Shown piece by piece: positions 1 to 7,834 of a DNA stretch of 31,070 nucleotides. The notes beneath the pieces are model-generated. The model ran no database searches. It was not told the DNA's origin and was given only the letters and a program-made list of their open reading frames with translations. The position numbers were made by a program, and so were the translations under genes. Source of the stretch: a virus (taxonomy: Duplodnaviria; Caudoviricetes); the IMG/VR virus record IMGVR_UViG_3300020042_003223, positions 1-31,070 of that record, one strand, 5' to 3'. Numbering within the stretch: position 1 is the first letter of the stretch; every line of letters begins with the position of its first letter.

Positions 1-98
1 TTATTTTGATTCTGTTAATATGTTATCCCGTTATTATATTCGGGAAAACATTAATAGAACATATTAAGAATAAATAAAACTATTAAACACAACACAAC

Positions 99-1373
99 AT
101 GGAAAACACAACACAACAAAAAAGAATTGCATTTAACTCATTGAGGTCAATGTTAATGCTTATCAATTCATCTATTCAAGATGGATATTTAAGACGTGAA
201 TATAAGGATGATAAAATAAATAATTACGAAAATATCATCACCACATATCATGGATATTATGCATTTAAAGATGATTGCATTTTGGCTGAATGTGATTATT
301 TACATGAAACTGAAGATGCAGACGATTATATCTATGACGAAATTGACGAACGATATATTTATGCTGACAATGCAAGTTATGTGGAAACGGGAAGGGACGG
401 ATTCTATACACATGATGACAATTGTTCGGGATGTAATGGAATATATCGTTACAATGATATGTGGATTAATGATGCATACATGGAACGATATGAGTTAGTT
501 CATGATACGCATGGTGACATTAGGAATATAGATGACGTCTATTATTGGGAATCGGATTGCGAATGGCATGATGAACCTGAGGAAAGTAGCGACGAAGATG
601 AAGATGATGATGATGACGATATGGATTCAGCTACAATCAATTCATATTCATACCGACCTTCAATGAAATTTTGTTCACTATCTAATGAGAATTCCAATGC
701 ACCTTTTTTTGGTATTGAATTGGAAGTAGAAAGGAAAAATAGCAAAGGATTGAAGCATAAATATATGGCGGGAATGATTCAGCATGAACATTGGTATTTC
801 AAGACGGACGGAAGTTTAACGGACGGATTCGAAATTGTTACGCACCCAATGACATTCAATTATATTCAACAAAATGAAAAAACATTCACCGATTCCCTGA
901 GATTGTTAGTTGAAAACGGGTATAATAGTTACGACGCAAATACGTGCGGGATGCATATTCACATTAGTAAAAATAATTTCACCACATGGCATTTATATCG
1001 ATTCCTTAAATTCTTTGTAGAAAATAAGGAATTCATTGTGTCTATTTCACAAAGGAAAATGGAAAAATTAAGAAAATGGGCAAACATTGAAGAGGATTCC
1101 GATTCCTCGCTAATTTACAAAGCAAAGAAAAAAGACGGGAATAACGAACGATATGTTGCAATTAACTTACAAAATAAAGCTACATTGGAAATTCGCATAT
1201 TTAGGGGAACATTAAACATAAATTCATTCATGAAAAATATTGAATTTGCACATGCTTTATTCATGTACACAAAAGAGAATAAAGATATTTCATTGGGTGG
1301 ATTCAAATTGTATATTGATTCATCATGTGATTATTCCAATTTAAAAAAATTCATTAACTTAAAAAACTTATAA
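99..1373 (+). CDS. Putative amidoligase (COOH-NH2 ligase, Amidoligase_2-like) with acidic N-terminal extension
   Basis: Motifs FGIELEVE, KTDGSL..GFEIVTHP, CGMHIHIS, RYVAIN, TLEIRIFRGT typical of glutamine-synthetase-fold amidoligases; Asp/Glu/Tyr-rich first ~175 aa. Confidence 0.85.
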   Translation: MENTTQQKRIAFNSLRSMLMLINSSIQDGYLRREYKDDKINNYENIITTYHGYYAFKDDCILAECDYLHETEDADDYIYDEIDERYIYADNASYVETGRDGFYTHDDNCSGCNGIYRYNDMWINDAYMERYELVHDTHGDIRNIDDVYYWESDCEWHDEPEESSDEDEDDDDDDMDSATINSYSYRPSMKFCSLSNENSNAPFFGIELEVERKNSKGLKHKYMAGMIQHEHWYFKTDGSLTDGFEIVTHPMTFNYIQQNEKTFTDSLRLLVENGYNSYDANTCGMHIHISKNNFTTWHLYRFLKFFVENKEFIVSISQRKMEKLRKWANIEEDSDSSLIYKAKKKDGNNERYVAINLQNKATLEIRIFRGTLNINSFMKNIEFAHALFMYTKENKDISLGGFKLYIDSSCDYSNLKKFINLKNL

Positions 1374-1376
1374 ACT

Positions 1377-2111
1377 ATGTGTATTATTGCCATTCAGCCA
1401 TTGGGCGTAAAAATCAAAGAATCAACATTAAAAAATTGTTGGGATGCTAACAAAGACGGGGCGGGAATCATGTACGTTGAAAACGGAAAAATTATTGTCA
1501 ATAAAGAAATGCATTCATTTAATCAATTCATGAAATTGAAAAAACATGCGGACAAAGTGAATTCCAATATCGTCATGCATTTTCGCATTGCAACGTCGGG
1601 CGGTATTAATGACAGAAATTGTCACCCATTTAAGGTAAATAATGACCTATATTTTTGTCATAACGGAATTTTGGATATTGATGTGCCATTGAATTCAAAC
1701 ATTAATGATACGCAAATATTCAATAATTCATTCATGAAAGGATTGCCTGACAATTTTGTGCAAAATGATACGATTATGGGATTGTTAGAATTTACAATAG
1801 GCAACCGAAATAAATTCGTTTTCATGGATGCAACGGGGCAATTTTATATCCTGAATGAGAATGTAGGAAAATGGGATAACGGGGCATGGTACTCGAATGA
1901 AAGTTACAAAAGACAATCTTATTCATATTATCCTACAAAATGGGATTTTTATGGCAAAGAAAAAAAGAACGAAAAATATTCGATTGAGGATAATTTCGAA
2001 TATTGCGAATCATGTAACGAAGTTCATTCATTAGACAATATGGTACATGATAGTTATTTTGATATGTTATTATGTACAAAATGTAGTGAATGGATACTTG
2101 AGGAAAAATAA
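1377..2111 (+). CDS. Class II (Ntn) glutamine amidotransferase with C-terminal CxxC..CxxC zinc ribbon
   Basis: N-terminal Met-Cys nucleophile, NKDGAG, HFRIATSG, NCHPF, FCHNG, NDT motifs; CESC...CTKC at C-terminus; 3 nt after the amidoligase stop. Confidence 0.9.
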   Translation: MCIIAIQPLGVKIKESTLKNCWDANKDGAGIMYVENGKIIVNKEMHSFNQFMKLKKHADKVNSNIVMHFRIATSGGINDRNCHPFKVNNDLYFCHNGILDIDVPLNSNINDTQIFNNSFMKGLPDNFVQNDTIMGLLEFTIGNRNKFVFMDATGQFYILNENVGKWDNGAWYSNESYKRQSYSYYPTKWDFYGKEKKNEKYSIEDNFEYCESCNEVHSLDNMVHDSYFDMLLCTKCSEWILEEK

Positions 2112-2133
2112 TTGTGTGTTTTCTTTTGTGTAT

Positions 2134-2163
2134 GCATGGCCTGAAATATGGCCATGCTTTTTT
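2134..2163 (+). terminator. Intrinsic terminator of amidoligase-GATase operon
   Basis: GCATGGCC-TGAAATAT-GGCCATGC perfect 8-bp stem followed by TTTTTT. Confidence 0.9.
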
Positions 2164-2386
2164 AGTTTATGACCTTATCAATAAATAACGCAAAATAAGA
2201 CGAAATAAGACGATTAAAATTTAAAACAATGGTAATACCTTACAAACATAACAGAAGCCCGTAATTGGGCTAAAAATAGGCAAAGAATTGATTTCTACTT
2301 CGATGTCATGATATGTCATGCAATATCAATCCTTTATTGATGTTGCACCATTGATTGATATGCATGTACTTATCAGTTACCCATGC

Positions 2387-2485
2387 CAAAAACCCGCCAA
2401 AAATCTTCTGTGGTTATAGCCAAAAATCCAGCAAAAACTCCCCAAAAACCTGCCAAAAATCTGTGACAAAAATCTATGACAAAAA
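2387..2485 (+). repeat. Eight CAAAAA units, mostly in 11-bp phase
   Basis: A5 tracts start at 2388, 2399, 2422, 2433, 2444, 2455, 2468, 2481; consensus (G/C/A)CAAAAA(T/C). Confidence 0.9.
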
Positions 2486-2565
2486 CCTTTTTAACAATAA
2501 ATTAACTAAAATAAATTAAATTATAACAAATATTTTATAATTTTACAAAACTAAAACAAAAACAA

Positions 2566-2772
2566 ATGCACCAATTAATTACCTTAACCCATCCAATGAA
2601 GTGTGCCATAACTGGCAAACAGATTGACAAAGGCGAACAAGCCTACTACAATCACGAGACAAAAAACTGCATACATCCACTTGAGTATGAGAAAAACATG
2701 AGTAAAGCTAAGAAAGGCGACCCAAAAACCTACTTTAGTAGATTATCTAAACTAAACACCAAAAATCTTTAG
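2566..2772 (+). CDS. Hypothetical early protein
   Basis: 68 aa ORF with A-rich leader, first of a tightly packed + strand cluster. Confidence 0.65.
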   Translation: MHQLITLTHPMKCAITGKQIDKGEQAYYNHETKNCIHPLEYEKNMSKAKKGDPKTYFSRLSKLNTKNL

Positions 2773-2774
2773 TT

Positions 2775-2909
2775 ATGCCATTTTCTACTTGCTGTAATGC
2801 TCACACTAATTACCCAGACATAAACTTATGTCCAGATTGCCTACAATACTGCGATTGGATAGAAGAAGAGAAAGAAGAGACAATACCAAAAAACCCAAAT
2901 AATGACTAA
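2775..2909 (+). CDS. Small Cys-rich (Zn-binding-like) protein, 44 aa, not in ORF track
   Basis: Manual translation MPFSTCCNAHTNYPDINLCPDCLQYCDWIEEEKEETIPKNPNND; fills the gap between neighbouring genes. Confidence 0.7.
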   Translation: MPFSTCCNAHTNYPDINLCPDCLQYCDWIEEEKEETIPKNPNND

Positions 2910-2927
2910 TCATATCAATCTAAACAA

Positions 2928-3164
2928 ATGAACCAAAAGCTAACCCTTGAGCAAAAGAAAAAAGGTATCAAAGAAGAGTTTACCTATGTGAACAGCAACG
3001 GCAGAATCTCAAAACAATACACCTACAAAGGCATGATTATCAAATGGGATAACATGATACTAAATGGTAAATGGTTTTACTGGAGACATAGCTATTACGC
3101 TTCACTTGATGCTACTATACAAGGAATTGACAGACATCTAAAAATTTATAATCAAAACAAATAA
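2928..3164 (+). CDS. Hypothetical protein
   Basis: 78 aa ORF, tight packing, A-rich leader. Confidence 0.65.
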   Translation: MNQKLTLEQKKKGIKEEFTYVNSNGRISKQYTYKGMIIKWDNMILNGKWFYWRHSYYASLDATIQGIDRHLKIYNQNK

Positions 3165-3166
3165 AC

Positions 3167-3475
3167 ATGGACAATCAAGAATTAGAATTAGTAGAAAAAC
3201 AACTTACACCTATTTTTCCTTGTGAGTGGTGCTTTAAGTTTGGCGATAATGAGCCACAAGTATTCGCAGCAACCAACGAGAAGATAGATGACCAAGAACC
3301 AGCTATTAGATTGTTATTAGCTAACACAGAGGAAACAACAGTAACATTCCAAGATGGAGACAACGCTTTCACATTGTTTTGCAGACCATTAACAGAAGCA
3401 GGACAAGTATTAATTAACCAAAACAACCAATTAAAAGATGATGCAGCAACCGATGGATTACAGAGCAATGCTTAG
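3167..3475 (+). CDS. Hypothetical acidic protein
   Basis: 102 aa ORF, 2 nt after previous stop. Confidence 0.65.
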   Translation: MDNQELELVEKQLTPIFPCEWCFKFGDNEPQVFAATNEKIDDQEPAIRLLLANTEETTVTFQDGDNAFTLFCRPLTEAGQVLINQNNQLKDDAATDGLQSNA

Positions 3476-3641
3476 ACATGGAGATATGAAGAAAATCTGT
3501 GCTATTACTGGGCTTTCACCATACCTATTAAAGACAAGATTAGATAAGCATGACTACGAGACAGTTGAGATAGTAAAAACTTACTATGCAAACAAGTTAG
3601 AAGCACTTAAAAACCAATTAAATGATTACAGCGAAATTTAG
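3438..3641 (+). CDS. Small putative DNA-binding (HTH-like) protein
   Basis: GDMKKICAITGLSPYLL resembles a helix-turn-helix; overlaps both neighbours. Confidence 0.5.
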   Translation: MMQQPMDYRAMLRHGDMKKICAITGLSPYLLKTRLDKHDYETVEIVKTYYANKLEALKNQLNDYSEI

Positions 3642-3996
3642 AACACCAAGACAAAACCTATTAAAGAGAAAGGATTATTTTGTAGACCAGACAATAGTAG
3701 ATAATGTCATAAATAAAGTAGCTAAAGTTTGCGAGATAAGACCAGAATCAATAGTAAAAAAAGGTAGACATAGAGAACAAGTATTAGCACGAAATATGTG
3801 CTTTTACATTCTTCATGTTCACTATAAACAAAAATCTGCTCAAATTGCTCCTTACTTTAAAAGAGACAGAACTACAGTTTTGCATGGCGTAAACACTTTT
3901 GTAAATGATACAGAAGTATTGCCATTGTATATGGAAAAATATCAACAAGCAAGAAAAAAAATAAAAGTACCTAAATCATATTCAGAAACTAAATAA
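3622..3996 (+). CDS. DnaA C-terminal (domain IV)-like HTH protein
   Basis: R.R..VLARNMCFY...IAPYFKRDRTTVLHG matches the DnaA domain IV signature (RDHTTV.H). Confidence 0.8.
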   Translation: MITAKFRTPRQNLLKRKDYFVDQTIVDNVINKVAKVCEIRPESIVKKGRHREQVLARNMCFYILHVHYKQKSAQIAPYFKRDRTTVLHGVNTFVNDTEVLPLYMEKYQQARKKIKVPKSYSETK

Positions 3997-4006
3997 ACAC
4001 AACACT

Positions 4007-4216
4007 ATGTATTCTACATTCCACCAACTACCAGAGCAAGACAAAAAACTATTTGCAGCTAAGATTTTACACGAGGTAAACTATAGCCAAGAATCTTACA
4101 ACCTAATTAGTAAGTTATTAAACTATTGGGAACATAATCAAATAGTAGAAGCATCTTATTTTAATGAACCAATTAACACAACCAAAAAACTAAAATATGA
4201 GCACAGAACTAACTAA
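4007..4216 (+). CDS. Hypothetical protein
   Basis: 69 aa ORF with AAACACAACACT leader. Confidence 0.6.
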   Translation: MYSTFHQLPEQDKKLFAAKILHEVNYSQESYNLISKLLNYWEHNQIVEASYFNEPINTTKKLKYEHRTN

Positions 4217-4892
4217 TCAACCGAGATTTGATTTAATCAACTCGGATTCGATGCTAAACTTATCAAAAGATTTAGCGAAACTTATCAAAGAAAAAGGATT
4301 GTCAAGCAACATTCAAGGAAAGCAATTTGTTAATGTTGAAGGATGGCAATTCGCTGGAGCTTCTTTAGGGTTAATGCCGATTATCACAGAAACTACGGAC
4401 TTAACTCGAAGAGGCACAGAACCTGGTCAAGTAGAAATTAAGTACATGGCTAAATGCGAAGTACGAAATATTAATACTGGTCAATTAGTAGCTACTGGAG
4501 TAGCAATCTGTAGCAACTTTGAGCATAGTAAAAAGAGATTTGATGAGTACGCAATCTTATCTATGGCACAGACAAGAGCAATCGGTAAGGCGTATCGTAA
4601 CTTACTTGCTTGGTTAATGAAAGCTGCAGGATTCGAAGCTACACCAGCAGAAGAGATGGACTTTGCACCAGCAGAGGCACCTAAAAAACCTTCTCAAACA
4701 GTACAAGAAGTTGTAGCAGAAATAGTAGAAGAAGAAGAAATAGATATTGATGCTATAAAAGCAGAGATTGCTAATTGTACTAAAGTGAAACAATTAACTG
4801 ATTTATACTTTGGCTATAAGCAATTATTTGATTCAAATGAGATGTTAAAAAGATTATTGTCAATGAAAAAAGAAAACCTAACCAAAAAATAA
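4197..4892 (+). CDS. Putative single-strand annealing recombinase (Rad52/Sak/ERF-like superfamily)
   Basis: FVNVEGW, SMAQTRAIGKAYR, TPAEEM motifs, linker and helical C-domain; position in replication module. Confidence 0.6.
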   Translation: MSTELTNQPRFDLINSDSMLNLSKDLAKLIKEKGLSSNIQGKQFVNVEGWQFAGASLGLMPIITETTDLTRRGTEPGQVEIKYMAKCEVRNINTGQLVATGVAICSNFEHSKKRFDEYAILSMAQTRAIGKAYRNLLAWLMKAAGFEATPAEEMDFAPAEAPKKPSQTVQEVVAEIVEEEEIDIDAIKAEIANCTKVKQLTDLYFGYKQLFDSNEMLKRLLSMKKENLTKK

Positions 4893-4897
4893 AAACT

Positions 4898-5362
4898 ATG
4901 AGTTTAGAATTATTACCAAAAGTAGAACTAAGTTCTATCGAACCATCAAAGTTTAGCATTGAGTTGCTAAAACAAACTATCGTACAGCATTTTAGAGAGA
5001 CTGGAGACAATCCACTTGAGATGCTTGTTAAAGCAGAGGCTATCATTCAGCTTTTAGATGGCATTAGAGCCGATTTAAAGGAAGATGTGATAGATATCCT
5101 TTCCTCGCATCCTCAAGGCAAAGCAGAGGTCTTAGGTGCAGAAGTTAGTAAGTTTGAATCTGGAGTAAAGTATGCTTATGATGGCGACTATACTTGGCTT
5201 AAAATGAACCAAGAATTAGAAGCTATTAAATTTAGGCAGAAAGAAAGAGAGTCATTACTTAAAACTATTAAAGACCCATTGGTTGACCCAGAGACTGGAG
5301 AAATGATATACCCAGCTCCTAAGTATAGCACAACCACATTTAAAATCTCACTAAAAAAATAA
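4898..5362 (+). CDS. Conserved phage protein next to SSAP (function unknown)
   Basis: 154 aa, VDPETGE..YPAP motif, coiled-coil; follows recombinase. Confidence 0.7.
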   Translation: MSLELLPKVELSSIEPSKFSIELLKQTIVQHFRETGDNPLEMLVKAEAIIQLLDGIRADLKEDVIDILSSHPQGKAEVLGAEVSKFESGVKYAYDGDYTWLKMNQELEAIKFRQKERESLLKTIKDPLVDPETGEMIYPAPKYSTTTFKISLKK

Positions 5363-5363
5363 C

Positions 5364-5522
5364 ATGAACCAACCAACAATGAACAATGAGCAGTTTGCTT
5401 TATGGGTAGCTTTAGGTCAAGGCACAGATAGTAAATTATTTGATAGAGCAGATTTAATATTAACTTGGCTTAACAAAGACATCAAAAAACCTTCAACACC
5501 AATTACCCCTAAGAGCAAATAA
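5364..5522 (+). CDS. Hypothetical 52 aa protein, not in ORF track
   Basis: Manual translation MNQPTMNNEQFALWVALGQGTDSKLFDRADLILTWLNKDIKKPSTPITPKSK; starts 1 nt after previous stop. Confidence 0.6.
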   Translation: MNQPTMNNEQFALWVALGQGTDSKLFDRADLILTWLNKDIKKPSTPITPKSK

Positions 5523-5530
5523 AAACCCCT

Positions 5531-5595
5531 ACCACCTCAAGATACAAATATTAAATAACCTGGTAGTAATTTATATAAACTTGGGGTGGTTTTTT
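5531..5595 (+). terminator. Long stem-loop with U-tail (terminator/attenuator or processing stem)
   Basis: ACCACCTCAAG ... CTTGGGGTGGT 11-bp stem (one G-U) around a 38-nt partly paired loop, then T run. Confidence 0.55.
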
Positions 5596-5601
5596 AATCT
5601 T

Positions 5602-5673
5602 ATGACAATAATTTTAAGCATAGCAATCTGGGAGTTTATTAAATGGTTATTTTATAAAATAATGAATAGATAA
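5602..5673 (+). CDS. 23 aa hydrophobic peptide, not in ORF track
   Basis: MTIILSIAIWEFIKWLFYKIMNR; stop is 1 nt before next ATG. Confidence 0.5.
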   Translation: MTIILSIAIWEFIKWLFYKIMNR

Positions 5674-5674
5674 T

Positions 5675-5890
5675 ATGGGATTAGATTTAGAGCCGAGAGG
5701 ATTTGAGAACTCAATAAAAGTTAAAATGATATACCTTGATACAAAAGAAGAAGAGCAGTTTATATCAATAGCAGCAGCAAACAGAAAGACCAACATTAAC
5801 GCACAGACAATACGAGAAGCACTAAACCCACTACAGAAGAAAAGATTTACCTATAACGATAGATTAGTAGTGTTTCGTATTAAAAAATAA
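5675..5890 (+). CDS. NUMOD1-like small DNA-binding protein
   Basis: EEQFISIAAANRKTNINAQTIREAL resembles the NUMOD1 HTH. Confidence 0.55.
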   Translation: MGLDLEPRGFENSIKVKMIYLDTKEEEQFISIAAANRKTNINAQTIREALNPLQKKRFTYNDRLVVFRIKK

Positions 5891-5894
5891 CCTT

Positions 5895-6494
5895 ATGTCT
5901 CAATTTTACACAACAATAATTCATCCTATAAGGAAACACTTTAGCTTGTCTTGTAACGACTACTGCGTATTAGATACGATTATGCGTATGCAGAATAATG
6001 AATCTAACTGGTGCTATATGTCTAAAGATACTATGGCAAACGATTTAGACCTATCAAAACAAGCTGTTCTTAACATAATCACTAAGTTAGTAGAGAAAGA
6101 CCTTATAGTCAAAAATCCAGCCACTAAACACTTACGCATAGCGTCAGTATTTTTAGAGTATTTAAACGATTACAAAAAGTTTACCGATGGTAAAGAAACT
6201 TTACTTGAACGGTCAAAAAACTTTACCGAAACTGGTAAAAAAACTTTACCTAACAATAATACTAACAATAAGAATACATTTATAAGGCCTACGGCTGAAC
6301 AAATAAATGAATATTCTAAGGAAATTGGATTTACTTTAGATGGCTCACAATTTATAGACCATTACGAAGCAAGAGGATGGTTAATCGGTAAAAATCCTAT
6401 GAAGGATTGGAAAGCAGCAGTAAGAACTTGGAAAAGAAATAGTAGAAGTTTTACTACCATTCAAACACAAACAACTAAAATCAGTCTTAAATAA
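5895..6494 (+). CDS. Phage replication initiator (N-terminal wHTH, C-terminal helical domain)
   Basis: WCYMSKDTMANDLDLSKQAV wHTH; FIDHYEARGW..GKNPMKDWKAAVRTW C-domain; internal iterons; stop overlaps dnaB start. Confidence 0.85.
   Translation: MSQFYTTIIHPIRKHFSLSCNDYCVLDTIMRMQNNESNWCYMSKDTMANDLDLSKQAVLNIITKLVEKDLIVKNPATKHLRIASVFLEYLNDYKKFTDGKETLLERSKNFTETGKKTLPNNNTNNKNTFIRPTAEQINEYSKEIGFTLDGSQFIDHYEARGWLIGKNPMKDWKAAVRTWKRNSRSFTTIQTQTTKISLK
6169..6280. repeat. Probable replication origin: four ~17-bp iterons plus AT-rich tract inside initiator gene
   Basis: GGTAAAGAAACTTTACT (6189), GGTCAAAAAACTTTACC (6211), GGTAAAAAAACTTTACC (6234), degenerate copy at 6169; followed by TAACAATAA x2; lambda O-like arrangement. 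Confidence 0.8.
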
Positions 6495-7831
6495 TGGAAT
6501 TAGTAACACTACCGCAGAGCAGAGAGTTAGAGAAAAGCATACTTGGAGCAATATTGATGGATAAAAGAACATTACCATTGGCAGTCGGACACTTAAAAAC
6601 AGAAGTTTTTTATGATTTAGGTCACCAAAAAATCTTTGACATAGTTAAAAAAATGTATGATGATGGAGTCTATGTAGACATAACTACCCTAAACCAAAAA
6701 CTTAAAGATGATGAGGCTTACAAAGAGTTAGGAGGTGCGTTTTACTTGACAAAGTTAACTGATAATGTAACTGGTTTGCACAATTTCAATACCCATATTG
6801 AGATGCTTATTGAGGTTTATAAGAAAAGAGAAGCATTTATGTTATTTAAGCAAAGCGAATATGAATGCTTAGACAATGATAGTCAAGCTATAGATTTACT
6901 TTCTGCAGTTAATACCAAGCTAATTAGCCTACAAGAGTATGGAAATATCCATGAAAAGACAATAACAGATGTCATTTTATCGTTAAACTATTCAAGAGAT
7001 AAGGCACAAAATGGTGAGTTATTAGGTTATGATACTGGTTTTAAGGAACTGAATAACACATTAGCTGGATGGTGCCGACCAGACTTTGTAGTTATTGCTG
7101 CAAGACCAGGAATGGGTAAGACAGCTTTCATGCTTTCAAGTATTTACCACCTATGTATATCAAATATGATTCCTACGGCCATTTTTAGCCTCGAAATGAG
7201 CTCCGAACAGTTAGTTGAAAGGTTAGAGTCAATTACGAGTGAGATACCCTTAAAACGTCTTAGAATGAATAATTTGAATGATGCAGAAAGAAAGATACTA
7301 CTAAAAACTGATGATAAGATATTACTTTCCCCTCTACATATTGAAGATATGGGCGGTATAAGTATTTCGCAACTTAGAGCAAAGGCAACCATTATGAAGC
7401 AGAAGTATGGCATTAAAGTCATCTTTATCGACTACCTACAGCTTATGAGTGGACAAGGCAAAAACAACCAAAACCGAGAGCAGGAGGTGAGTTTAATAAG
7501 CAGAAGCCTTAAATCCTTAGCAAAAGAGTTACAAGTACCGATTATCGCCCTATCTCAATTATCTCGTAGAGTAGAGGAAAGAGGAGATAAGATGCCACAA
7601 TTATCTGACCTAAGAGAATCTGGTTCTATTGAGCAAGATGCTGATGCAGTTATTATGTTAATGAGGCCTAATTACTATGAGATGACAAACCCAATAGAGA
7701 TTGGTGGAACAGAATATGCTACAAACGATTTAGTTATCTGTAAGGTTGAGAAGAATAGACATGGCACAACAAAAAACTTGCCGCTTAGATTTTTACCAGA
7801 GACAATGACATTTATTGACTATACAAATTAA
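6494..7831 (+). CDS. dnaB: Replicative DNA helicase (DnaB family)
   Basis: AARPGMGKT Walker A, FSLEMS, IDYLQLM, LSQLSR, SDLRESGSIEQDAD, KNRHG. Confidence 0.97.
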   Translation: MELVTLPQSRELEKSILGAILMDKRTLPLAVGHLKTEVFYDLGHQKIFDIVKKMYDDGVYVDITTLNQKLKDDEAYKELGGAFYLTKLTDNVTGLHNFNTHIEMLIEVYKKREAFMLFKQSEYECLDNDSQAIDLLSAVNTKLISLQEYGNIHEKTITDVILSLNYSRDKAQNGELLGYDTGFKELNNTLAGWCRPDFVVIAARPGMGKTAFMLSSIYHLCISNMIPTAIFSLEMSSEQLVERLESITSEIPLKRLRMNNLNDAERKILLKTDDKILLSPLHIEDMGGISISQLRAKATIMKQKYGIKVIFIDYLQLMSGQGKNNQNREQEVSLISRSLKSLAKELQVPIIALSQLSRRVEERGDKMPQLSDLRESGSIEQDADAVIMLMRPNYYEMTNPIEIGGTEYATNDLVICKVEKNRHGTTKNLPLRFLPETMTFIDYTN

Positions 7832-7834
7832 CCT

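Noticed and set aside
590-620. GAT/GAC trinucleotide run as a microsatellite or contingency locus
   Set aside because: Imperfect and in frame; simply encodes the poly-Asp linker of the amidoligase
2387-2485. Repeat array as CRISPR or tandem VNTR
   Set aside because: Units are only 6-8 nt with 5-7 nt linkers; no 25-45 nt repeats or spacers and no cas genes
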